Below the pieces are notes generated by a model. The model was given only the letters and a program-made list of their open reading frames with translations, searched no databases and had not been told where the DNA came from. A stretch of 64,000 nucleotides of DNA, taken from Prolixibacteraceae bacterium. GTDB lineage: Bacteria > Bacteroidota > Bacteroidia > Bacteroidales > Prolixibacteraceae. Made by a program: the position numbers and the translations under genes. The stretch's first letter is position 1, and every line of letters begins with the position of its first letter. This document shows, piece by piece, positions 9,154-17,911 of this stretch. Where the stretch lies: assembly GCA_963668595.1 (NCBI GenBank), contig OY764876.1:3923554-3987553 (forward strand), written 5' to 3'.

Positions 9154-9320
9154 AAGATATAATTTTTCTTTCCATTTAATTCAAACTTTTGCCTTTTTAC
9201 TTTATCCTTTCTTCTTTGATTATATATCTTTGGGAAAGACCAAGACGAATAAATTTTTAATAGGGAAGACCGAAAAATATTCATCTTTAGGATCTAGTAT
9301 ATAATTAAATCGATTATAAA

Positions 9321-9443
9321 ATGACTATAGGGAAAAGCATTCGAATTTATCTAAAAGAAGGAAGTGTTACTGGTATTAAATTCGCAGAATTGGTTAATCA
9401 AACAATTCAAGCATTTTCCTGTCCTAGAAGATCCACTCCGTAA
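9321..9443 (+). pseudogene. 40-codon relic resembling the conserved N-terminus of GIY-YIG/DUF4357-type nuclease proteins
   Basis: MTIGKSIRIYLKEGSVTGIKFAELVNQTIQAFSCPRRSTP* matches the recalled pattern 'IRI[FY]L.[DE]G...GI...E..N.T.QA...PR'. The ORF stops after 40 aa and no nuclease domain follows. Confidence 0.4.
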
Positions 9444-9591
9444 AATTCACTAACTGGTAGCCTGTTTAATAAGCTAATTTGACGAATGAAATATTCGGAG
9501 AAGAAATGAATATAGGACTGATTACAACTTTAAAATAGTTTTAGATTGATTGGATTAATACCAATTTTAAAAGGACGCTACATTAAACATT

Positions 9592-10149
9592 ATGAGAACG
9601 ATAACTTTCTGTTTTTTTATATTACTGTCAATCCCAGTATTCTCAAGGATTGGTATGAATAGAAATTATACCATAATTTCTCAAAACGATTACGATGCAA
9701 ATTTGGCTAAAGGGAAAGATGTAATTCTAAAAAGATATATTGTTGTCCCAGATTTTAATAAAAACTACAAAGAAATTATCAACGTAAATGACCCAGATGA
9801 GATTCTTTCGATGTTTTCATTTATGCTTAGCAGAGGAAAGAGTAAAGAAATCTCTCAATACATATTAAGTTGTAATAAATCAAACGATATTGAATTGTTA
9901 ATACATGGATTATTCTGTTTTTCCAACAATCAATATTATCAATCAATAAAATATTTAGAGAAAATTGAAAATATGCAATTCGCTTTTCTTCGAAGCTTAT
10001 TAATTGCCGATTGCCGTTATGAAACGCTAGTTGATAAGAAAAATTATAATTCGATTTTACAGTTTTATCAAATTTCATTAGACTTGGCAAGAACCGAACA
10101 ACAAAAATTAATTATTAAGAATCGTATAAAGTTTATAAAATATAGATAA
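9592..10149 (+). CDS. hypothetical secreted protein
   Basis: 185 aa with an N-terminal signal-like segment. AT-rich. The stop overlaps the next start (TAATG). Confidence 0.5.
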   Translation: MRTITFCFFILLSIPVFSRIGMNRNYTIISQNDYDANLAKGKDVILKRYIVVPDFNKNYKEIINVNDPDEILSMFSFMLSRGKSKEISQYILSCNKSNDIELLIHGLFCFSNNQYYQSIKYLEKIENMQFAFLRSLLIADCRYETLVDKKNYNSILQFYQISLDLARTEQQKLIIKNRIKFIKYR

Positions 10150-10889
10150 TGAGAAACTATTCAATCTTACTCGCCTTTACGGGATTATTATTTCTAGCAA
10201 GTTGTACTTCGACTAGAGTTATTGAGAAAAACATGAATTCGGACAGATATTCATTAAGCTATTTAAGAGATTCTAAGATTTCGAAAAATAAACTGGATTT
10301 CAATGTGTCAATTGATTCTGTTGTATTTGCAACACCAATGAATATTACCACAACAGTAACCAGATTAAAGGGGTGGTTCATTCCTCTTGCTCTTGTGAAT
10401 ATTTGGAATTCGCAAAATGAATGTATTCAGGGAAAATCAATGTTTGAAGAGGACATCCCAACTTTCCTGCGCACATCCTTGATTGAGGAAATTAATCGCT
10501 CAGGTAATTTTAATTATAATTCGTTTAATGATTCTGAATATCAGCTTGATATTTCAATCGATGGAATAAGTACCAAGGGACCATATGTAAGCAAAGGCTT
10601 TTTCTATTTTGCATTTTTTGCATATGGATATTCTTATGCAGATATTGCGGGGCCAGCTATTTCCAATATGGAAATTTCGTATAAGCTAAAAAAAGGAGAT
10701 AGAGTATTAAAGAGCAATTCATTCAGCTCTGAAAAAATTGCAGAGCAAATCGATAAAAGATATTCAAACAATAAAATGCTCCAACAAGATTATGCAATAA
10801 GTATGGTTGAAGCAGTTTCGCTTAATTTCAAGAATGTTATTGAACTCATTGTTGCAGATTTAAACGATCATTTTAATAAAACGAAATAA
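10149..10889 (+). CDS. hypothetical lipoprotein
   Basis: Lipobox LFLASC-TS. 246 aa. Translationally coupled to the upstream ORF. Confidence 0.55.
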   Translation: MRNYSILLAFTGLLFLASCTSTRVIEKNMNSDRYSLSYLRDSKISKNKLDFNVSIDSVVFATPMNITTTVTRLKGWFIPLALVNIWNSQNECIQGKSMFEEDIPTFLRTSLIEEINRSGNFNYNSFNDSEYQLDISIDGISTKGPYVSKGFFYFAFFAYGYSYADIAGPAISNMEISYKLKKGDRVLKSNSFSSEKIAEQIDKRYSNNKMLQQDYAISMVEAVSLNFKNVIELIVADLNDHFNKTK

Positions 10890-11015
10890 CAACAGACGTT
10901 ATTCATTTTATTAAATGAAGTTTTTCGGGGTATATCAGCTACTGCTTTTAATATATTTTATTTGCCGCTGCTGGTTCTCCGACTATACTTTTATTTTCGT
11001 ATGTATAGCAATTGT

Positions 11016-12701
11016 TTAGTTCAAAGATTTTATGTTTATTGTTTCATAAAACCAGAATCTCTTCTCATTATACTGTGCAAGTTTTATTAAATGTAGAATT
11101 TCCCCTGATTTGTCGATAAACATATAAACAACGTTTATAGAGGCAACTTTAAATTGCCCTTTGTCTTGAAAAACATAGTCATCTATAGTATATGTATTTT
11201 TTGTATCATATCCCACTTCATCTATTCTTGTTAGTATTGTATTTCTTGTAGAATAGTCTTCTTTTATATATGTTGCAAATATCTCTTTGGTGGCACTACT
11301 TTGATCCAGTGTTAAAATATCTTTATTCAAAAGAGGTAATTCTCCCGAAAACTCAGGCTTGAATGAATAATAATTGAGGGAGGAAGAATAATTGAAGACT
11401 TTATATATTTTCCCATTGGAACAAAATATTCGGGTAAAATCATCGGCAATCCAGAATCTTCTCGATCCCAGATTTACTTCCTTTATTTCATTATTAATTG
11501 GACCTTCAGATATGTTGAAAACAGAGAGATAAGATGAATATTCCCTACTACCATATAGGACACCTTTGTTGGGAACTTTCTTTAAAAGATAATTGCCATT
11601 ATATATTTCGCCAGTAGTAACTATCTCTCCTGTAGTCAAGTTAACACTTTTGAATTTACGAGAGGAATCAGCTGATCGGGGAGATAAATAGACCCATTCA
11701 TTATTTCCCCAATTCACATCAGATGCAATCATTCCGGATTGATAGTTTTTTAAAATAGTCTTCTGTTCCACATCGATAAGTGAAACATCTGTATTTGTAA
11801 AATTAGCAACCAATGCATCTCCGTTTTCATTAAGACAAATACAAACGGGAACTTTTTTGGGTTCCATAACAGACACTGGTTCCCCTGGTCTGTAAAAATA
11901 AATCTGATCTGGTTGTTTTGTAGCTATTACCAGTAAACCGTTCTTTTTACAAAAATCTGCATCAACAACATCTCCTTCAATCTGGATATTACTTCCGGAA
12001 ATGGAGGGGTATTCGATTTTCATTGAAACTTTTATCATTTTGATTTCTTCAACCATATTTGTTGACACAACGATTCGTCCAGTGTAGTCGCCTTTATCTA
12101 GATTATCCCTTATTACAGAAATGCCAATATCTTCGGATTCACTTGGATATAAAGCACCTTTTTTCTTTGACGCTTTTATCCAGGATGGCAATTCTATTAA
12201 TTCCCAGGTCAAGATGCCTGGTCTATCCGTATTCTCTATGGTAATAGTTGAAAAATATTGATTGTCCAATACTAACTTATTTGGTAGAATAGATCCGACC
12301 GGAGTGCCATACTCAAAATAGCTTAAAGGATAAATTATCAATCCGATGCCTTCAACATCAAATGTCACAGATCTGTTCTGAATTCCAACGATAGAAACGC
12401 CATAGGGTGATTGTATTTTTTTTAATTTAATAACCGATTTTCCATCGATAAATTCACCTTTTTTAGGTTCAATATCTATTAATCCTGGAGATTGAAACAA
12501 TGACCATTTCGCGTTTTTTGCAGAAGATAATCGAAGTTCGTATTCAATTTCAGGATCAATGCTAGATAGTTTTATGGTATCCTCTGATCCTTCAACTAAA
12601 TAATACTCTTTATTCAGAAAATCATTATTACAACCAAACAGAAATGCTATAAGGATAAGAAGCAAATGAAAGTTTGCTATTTTGGAAATATTTTTTTTCA
12701 T
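11016..12701 (-). CDS. hypothetical surface lipoprotein (Ig/BACON-like N-terminal repeats and a possible beta-propeller C-terminus)
   Basis: Lipobox FLFGC-NN. 561 aa. It starts 1 nt after the upstream barrel gene ends. Confidence 0.55.
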   Translation of the reverse strand: MKKNISKIANFHLLLILIAFLFGCNNDFLNKEYYLVEGSEDTIKLSSIDPEIEYELRLSSAKNAKWSLFQSPGLIDIEPKKGEFIDGKSVIKLKKIQSPYGVSIVGIQNRSVTFDVEGIGLIIYPLSYFEYGTPVGSILPNKLVLDNQYFSTITIENTDRPGILTWELIELPSWIKASKKKGALYPSESEDIGISVIRDNLDKGDYTGRIVVSTNMVEEIKMIKVSMKIEYPSISGSNIQIEGDVVDADFCKKNGLLVIATKQPDQIYFYRPGEPVSVMEPKKVPVCICLNENGDALVANFTNTDVSLIDVEQKTILKNYQSGMIASDVNWGNNEWVYLSPRSADSSRKFKSVNLTTGEIVTTGEIYNGNYLLKKVPNKGVLYGSREYSSYLSVFNISEGPINNEIKEVNLGSRRFWIADDFTRIFCSNGKIYKVFNYSSSLNYYSFKPEFSGELPLLNKDILTLDQSSATKEIFATYIKEDYSTRNTILTRIDEVGYDTKNTYTIDDYVFQDKGQFKVASINVVYMFIDKSGEILHLIKLAQYNEKRFWFYETINIKSLN

Positions 12702-12702
12702 C

Positions 12703-13518
12703 TTAAAAATAAAAATTGAGTCCTGTTGTTAGATTTACCCTAGAAATATTTTTAATATCCTTTCTATCAAAAATATTTTCACTCACTTTTTTCCCATTAT
12801 TTATTTTCATTTTGAATAAATAAGATGCTAAATAGGAAGCATTAATATTCCACCCAATACTTTTGGATATCTTTATTTCAAAACCGGTTTGCAGATTTAG
12901 TGCCGGTGTATTACCAGTTAATAAACGATGTAAAATCACATTGTTATATTCATTGCGATAGAAAATCCATCCCATTGATAATGATGTATACCCATTAAAA
13001 ACATCCTTTATTAAGGTGATGTTTCTTTTTAAGGATAATCCGGTATAGTTCGTATATATATTCTCTTTTATTAGTCCATAAAGACGGTCCCAACTATCAC
13101 TATATGAATAATCACCTGCAATATTGTTATTATTCATCAATATTGAACCGGAGATACTACTTTGGGTATAAAAAATCTGGTTTTCAACACCAATCGACCA
13201 TTTAGGATTAATCCTATAATACAAAACTCCTTGTAATAGATATCCTGAATTTAGATCTTCATAATACTTTAATGCCTCAGGATTAGAAATGCCTTGACTT
13301 ATAAGACTAGCTTTATCATCTTTGGTATTCGCGGTTAAATGTCCTATACCTCCATGAATCTGAATACTAAACCGTTTTATTCTTAATTCCGAAGCACTAT
13401 CGATATTGATTTCCTGTGCCTGAATTGCATTGAGAGAGTTAAAACCAATCAATAAAAAAATTATTGCCACTCGAGATGAAATATTCAGAGAAAACAAATT
13501 GAATAATTTTTTGGACAT
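12703..13518 (-). CDS. putative outer-membrane beta-barrel protein
   Basis: Signal peptide ending AIQAQE, alternating beta-strand pattern, and a C-terminal aromatic residue (LNFYF). Confidence 0.55.
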   Translation of the reverse strand: MSKKLFNLFSLNISSRVAIIFLLIGFNSLNAIQAQEINIDSASELRIKRFSIQIHGGIGHLTANTKDDKASLISQGISNPEALKYYEDLNSGYLLQGVLYYRINPKWSIGVENQIFYTQSSISGSILMNNNNIAGDYSYSDSWDRLYGLIKENIYTNYTGLSLKRNITLIKDVFNGYTSLSMGWIFYRNEYNNVILHRLLTGNTPALNLQTGFEIKISKSIGWNINASYLASYLFKMKINNGKKVSENIFDRKDIKNISRVNLTTGLNFYF

Positions 13519-13780
13519 AATTTAAACCAATGGGTTAATTAAAATTAAACAAAAACACGCAAATGTAAATAATATTTGTTATTGTATTTGGGTGTAGTTG
13601 TATATTTGTTCCATATTTTTAATGAGGAAAGTTTTCCTCAAATAGTAATAAACATTTCCTATTGTGGGTATGAAATAAATCGCCAGTCAACACTAAATTT
13701 TCAATCCTTTTTACCCCACATTCCGCACTATTTTATCATGCATTTGTAAAACATTCCATGTAAGTAGCAGAAATAAAAAA

Positions 13781-13816
13781 GCCACTTTATTCTGAGTTAT
13801 CCATGAATAAAGTGGC
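13781..13816. terminator. bidirectional intrinsic terminator hairpin
   Basis: aaaaaa-GCCACTTTATTC...GAATAAAGTGGC-ttttt, between convergent or unrelated transcription units. Confidence 0.7.
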
Positions 13817-13841
13817 TTTTTCTAATAGCTAAATCTATCGT

Positions 13842-14933
13842 CTATAACTTGATAAAAATCTTTTTCCGATAGAGGATCAGCGCAGGGATAAACAGAATGC
13901 CAATATAAAACAAAGCATAGCCAAGGCTGGCTAATTTGGGGCCGCAACCAATTGCTGCAAACAGATCGAGCATGTGTTTGTTAATTGATCCGCCAAAGAA
14001 TTCGACGCGGCGGAAGAAATGCCCCAGTAATCCGGCAAGTACATACACCGCAATGGCATTGGCTCCGAAAATAGTTCCGAGCTTGGTAAAACGGGTCCGT
14101 CCCAGCATATCTACCACGTAAATACTTGCAGCCAGCGTCATCGATGCAAAACCGGCAGTAACCATTACAAACGAACTGCTCCACAGGCTTTTGTTTACAG
14201 GGAAATTCAGGTTCCAGATATATCCGAGGATGCTGGCAGCGAAGCCGGCCAAAAATAACCAGATCACTTTTTTCTGGTCTTCATTTTTGCTTACAATAAT
14301 GTGGCCGACCAACATACCGGCAATTCCACTGGCAATAGCAGGCAGTGTACTCAGCAGACCTTCCGGATCCCAGGTTCCTTGCCACATGCGGCCCGGCAAT
14401 AAAATGCTGTCGATCCATGCAGCGAAATTTTCACCCGGTTCAAGCGAAACCACACCAAAACCCGGAGTTGGAATCAGCACCATGGCCAGCCAGTAGCCAA
14501 TCAGCAACACAGCTCCGATAATTGCTTGCGTTTTCCATTTGGTGGTCAGATACAGAATGGCACACACCAGGAATACAATGGCAATGCGCTGGAGCACTCC
14601 GGCAATGCGTAATTCAGCAAAATTGAATTTTGGAAACAGAGCCAGGAAAATTCCCACCGCAAAAATTTTGATCGACCGGGTGATGATTTTCTTGTACATA
14701 TCTCCTTTGGGAGCCCCGGCATTCAATCGTTTCGAATAAGCCAGCACAATGGAAACTCCCACAATGAAAATGAAGAAAGGAAAAATCAAATCGGTAGGTG
14801 TGAGGCCGTGCCATTTGGCGTGCAACAGCGGCGCATACACGTTCGACCACGAACCCGGATTATTCACCATAATCATTGCTGCAATGGTAAATCCCCGGAA
14901 AGCATCCAAAGAAATGAGTCGTTTCGTTTCCAT
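13842..14933 (-). CDS. membrane acyltransferase, heparan-alpha-glucosaminide N-acetyltransferase-like (DUF1624/DUF5009 type)
   Basis: 363 aa with multiple TM segments. The N-terminal LISLDAFRGFTIAAMIMVNNPGSW is characteristic of this family. Confidence 0.75.
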   Translation of the reverse strand: METKRLISLDAFRGFTIAAMIMVNNPGSWSNVYAPLLHAKWHGLTPTDLIFPFFIFIVGVSIVLAYSKRLNAGAPKGDMYKKIITRSIKIFAVGIFLALFPKFNFAELRIAGVLQRIAIVFLVCAILYLTTKWKTQAIIGAVLLIGYWLAMVLIPTPGFGVVSLEPGENFAAWIDSILLPGRMWQGTWDPEGLLSTLPAIASGIAGMLVGHIIVSKNEDQKKVIWLFLAGFAASILGYIWNLNFPVNKSLWSSSFVMVTAGFASMTLAASIYVVDMLGRTRFTKLGTIFGANAIAVYVLAGLLGHFFRRVEFFGGSINKHMLDLFAAIGCGPKLASLGYALFYIGILFIPALILYRKKIFIKL

Positions 14934-14973
14934 TACTAGTAGTTTAGTTGTTTAGTACTATTAAGTTTGAATT

Positions 14974-15040
14974 GTCATGCTGAACGACGCTACGAATCCT
15001 GAATTTTAAAAGATAGATTCTTTATTTCATTCAGCATGAC
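14974..15040. repeat. long imperfect hairpin of the common Bacteroidota 'GTCATxCTGAACGA...TTCAGxATGAC' REP type
   Basis: GTCATGCTGAA (14974-14984) pairs with TTCAGCATGAC (15030-15040). Inner pairing is GAATC/GATTC. Confidence 0.75.
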
Positions 15041-15055
15041 AAATTGCTTGATTCA

Positions 15056-16234
15056 TTATTCCTGATACAGTTTTATCACCGGCTGATCCGCTGCAATTTT
15101 TACCGATTCTTCTTTCATGTTTCCAGCCGCATCGGCAAAACGGAATACATACGGGGTGTTAATTTTTAGCTTGAATTTCAGAAATTTATTGAGATCGTCG
15201 GTTGTTGCAGGCGAATAACCAAAGTCGGCTACCTCGCAATTATTCAGTACCTCAATTTTTTCTGAAATACGCTGGTCGCCTTCCGTTGAATTGCTTTTGT
15301 AGAGTACCACATCCACAATCACTTCACCTTCTTTTAGTTCACCTCCGGTCAATTGCTGTTGATACAGATTGATGTAGCGATCGGTCACATTTTCAGCCGG
15401 AACATATTTAATGCTTTCATCCCATACGCAAGGAAAACTCAGCCCTGTTGGTTTAAATGAAGTTGCATAAATCCAGTGAATTGGCTTTGACGGATCGGCC
15501 TTGCCTGCATCGGCGAGGAACCAGCTTTTGTTCAACTGGTCAGGATAGTATTCGGTGAAGTACCATTGGCCCTCCATCCACACTTCGCACCAGTTGTGAT
15601 TGCCACGCATGTTGGTCCATAGTGGTGTGCCTGCAATGCGCGACGGAATACCTACCGAACGGAATGCATCGGTGAGTAATACCGACAAGCCGGTGCAGCT
15701 GGCCATGTTTTGTTCCATCGACTCGTACGGACTTTGATCGGCTTTGCGGCGTTTGGTATTGTATTCTACTTTTACAATTTCAAGAATATTTTGATTCACC
15801 TTATAAATCGCTTCTTCCATGCTTTTGCAGCTATCTACCAGCGATGCAAATTTATCGAAGAAGTCTTTGCGCCAGTTGTCGCGGCGTTCGTTCAACGATG
15901 CGTAGGGCAAAACATCATTATAGAAGATTGAATCGGGCAGGTTTTTGCACCAGGCAAATCGTTCGCGTGCGTCAAAAGCAACCTGAGTATTTTCGAGAAT
16001 GAAATCAGCACTCAGACTGGTTAAGTCGCGTTCAGGCATATAGCTAATCAGAAAAGCGACTGCTTCTCGTTGTTCTGCTGGTACTTTTTTCAGTGCACTT
16101 AATAGTTCTGTACGGTTGCTGTCGCTTTTTGCCAAAGCAGCTTCAACGCTTGCTTTGTAGCGCTCCGGAATAGCAGGGCTGCATGCGCTCAGTATCCAGG
16201 CGGCGAGTAAAACAAATACAATGATTCGGTTCAT
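15056..16234 (-). CDS. transglutaminase-like domain lipoprotein
   Basis: Lipobox ILSAC-SP. Cys-nucleophile context MASCTGLSVLLTDAFRSVGIPSR, followed by a downstream His/Asp region (NHNWCEVW). Confidence 0.75.
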   Translation of the reverse strand: MNRIIVFVLLAAWILSACSPAIPERYKASVEAALAKSDSNRTELLSALKKVPAEQREAVAFLISYMPERDLTSLSADFILENTQVAFDARERFAWCKNLPDSIFYNDVLPYASLNERRDNWRKDFFDKFASLVDSCKSMEEAIYKVNQNILEIVKVEYNTKRRKADQSPYESMEQNMASCTGLSVLLTDAFRSVGIPSRIAGTPLWTNMRGNHNWCEVWMEGQWYFTEYYPDQLNKSWFLADAGKADPSKPIHWIYATSFKPTGLSFPCVWDESIKYVPAENVTDRYINLYQQQLTGGELKEGEVIVDVVLYKSNSTEGDQRISEKIEVLNNCEVADFGYSPATTDDLNKFLKFKLKINTPYVFRFADAAGNMKEESVKIAADQPVIKLYQE

Positions 16235-16364
16235 GTGGTTATGATTAAATTTGTATGATGAGTTACAATTTTCAAAGATAAAAATATTTTATAATTGTCT
16301 GGTTGCATACCTACTGGCATTTGTTTCAGTCATTGATAGAGATTGATAGTTATTGGTGTTTGCT

Positions 16365-16494
16365 TTCGGACGGAACTATATACAGTTGGGGATTGCGGGT
16401 TGCTTTCCTGTCGAACCCCAATGCCATTGTTGCGGGATGCGGACTTTGTTGTCCTAACCGAAACCCCAATTGATATATAGTTTTTGTTAGCAAT
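16365..16494 (-). repeat. attC-like imperfect palindrome, element A
   Basis: Stem CTATAT/ATATAG + CA/TG + GTTGGGG/CCCCAAT (16376-16391 with 16464-16480). The core GTTGGGGATTGCGGGTTGCTTTCCTGTC matches element B at 26/28 nt. It ends in TGTTAGCAAT (16485-16494), directly after the stop of the ORF at 16497-17219. Confidence 0.6.
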
Positions 16495-16496
16495 AG

Positions 16497-17219
16497 TTAT
16501 TTGTCAATCAAGTCATTTAATTCATTTATAAATGCTTTCTTATAAGCAGAAAATTCACTGTCTGATTCTATATCCTTAATTCGAATCTTGTTTCTCTCGA
16601 ATAATTTCATGCATAAAAACTGTATTTGTTTATTGTCACTACTGTCAAAACCACAAATAGTTAGTAACGATGTCGGATTTTTAAGTTTTACAAAAAGACT
16701 TTTTTTAATCGAAATCCTATCACTGTATCTTTTCGTTAAAACTAATTGCTCCAGAATATTATTAGCCATTATTACTGTCTGTTTGCTTCGTTTTATTAGG
16801 TTTGTAGCTATTGATTTTATAATATAATAGTCAGTATAGTAGTAGTTTACTTGATAATTATCATCGTCCTTTAATGATGAATTTATATCCATTAAAATCA
16901 CACCACAATCAAAGTATCTACAGAGTCCATTGTCAAACCTCATTAATTCAGCATTTCTGTTATTCGGCAATAAGATTCCTTTATGAATTTCCCATGATTT
17001 AGTTGATGAGTCCAGTCTCGTTTTTATTTGATAGCGACCAATTTTGTCATCGTCGTCAATGACAATATCAAATCCTTCAAAGTCCACATTTGCACTAAAT
17101 ATCTTTAAATGATATTCGCGCTTTGCCGCGGCAATTTTTAAGTCATAGAATAACTTATGATTAAATAATTCTTCTCGAACCAATGTTGCCGAAGCATCTT
17201 TCAAATATTTACTACTCAT
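16497..17219 (-). CDS. hypothetical protein, possible PD-(D/E)xK-fold nuclease
   Basis: 240 aa in an AT-rich stretch. Candidate motif is E16/E17 ... GFD51IVI ... Q64-I-K66. The ORF is flanked by the 10-bp inverted repeat TGTTAGCAAT / ATTGCTAACA. Confidence 0.55.
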   Translation of the reverse strand: MSSKYLKDASATLVREELFNHKLFYDLKIAAAKREYHLKIFSANVDFEGFDIVIDDDDKIGRYQIKTRLDSSTKSWEIHKGILLPNNRNAELMRFDNGLCRYFDCGVILMDINSSLKDDDNYQVNYYYTDYYIIKSIATNLIKRSKQTVIMANNILEQLVLTKRYSDRISIKKSLFVKLKNPTSLLTICGFDSSDNKQIQFLCMKLFERNKIRIKDIESDSEFSAYKKAFINELNDLIDK

Positions 17220-17302
17220 CGAACAAGGCGTTTATAATTATTGCTAACAGATATTTAAATGACAACTGAATGACCATTAATGACCCGTGACTGATTTTTC
17301 TT

Positions 17303-17770
17303 TCATCGTTTCCTTTTAAAGAAGTCAGTCATTAAATCGGCACAGTCGTCAGCCATAATGCCCGAAACAACTTCAGTTTTTGGGTGCAATGCCTGTGGTG
17401 CGAAGCGCGAAAAACCGCGTTTGGGATCAGAAGCTCCGTAAACAAGTCGTCCTAATTGAGCCCAGCCTAGTGCCCCGGCGCACATTACGCAGGGTTCGAG
17501 CGTAACATAGAGCGTGCATTCATTCAGATACTTGGCTCCGAGCAGGTTGGCGGCGGCAGTAATTGCCTGCATCTCGGCGTGAGCCGTTACATCAGTAAGT
17601 GTTTCGGTCAGGTTGTGGGCGCGGGCAATAATACGGTTTTGTGCCACAACTACTGCACCAACAGGTATTTCGTCTTTTTCGAATGCAGCAATAGCTTCAG
17701 CCAAAGCTCGTTTCATAAAGTATTCGTCCGAAAAGTCTTGCATGTTTTTCAATCTTCGATTTCCATACAA
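17303..17770 (-). CDS. tadA: tRNA-specific adenosine deaminase
   Basis: HAEMQAI and PCVMCAGAL zinc motifs. The true start may be the internal Met at 17743 (MQDFSDEYFMKRAL). Confidence 0.9.
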   Translation of the reverse strand: MYGNRRLKNMQDFSDEYFMKRALAEAIAAFEKDEIPVGAVVVAQNRIIARAHNLTETLTDVTAHAEMQAITAAANLLGAKYLNECTLYVTLEPCVMCAGALGWAQLGRLVYGASDPKRGFSRFAPQALHPKTEVVSGIMADDCADLMTDFFKRKR

Positions 17771-17880
17771 AAGTAAAAAGAATGCTTGTTAAACCTTCAA
17801 GGTTTTTAAAACCATAGAAGATTGATTGAAGGTTTCCCCTCGAAACTGACTTTTCCCTGCTTAGATTTGCAAAAACTGCT

Positions 17881-17888
17881 TATTTTTG
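17881..17888 (+). promoter_or_regulatory. candidate Bacteroidota -7 promoter element (TAnnTTTG) for aspS
   Basis: TATTTTTG lies 24 nt upstream of the aspS ATG, and a TTTG is at 17866-17869. This is motif evidence only. Confidence 0.3.
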
Positions 17889-17911
17889 TGGCAAATTAAA
17901 CAGATTCAACT

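Noticed and set aside
16365-16494. Retron msr/msd, TnpB/IscB guide RNA or bridge RNA as the explanation for structured elements A and B
   Set aside because: No reverse transcriptase, TnpB/IscB or IS110-type recombinase gene is adjacent. The only transposase nearby is a DDE IS1182-type inserted into the element, not encoding it.
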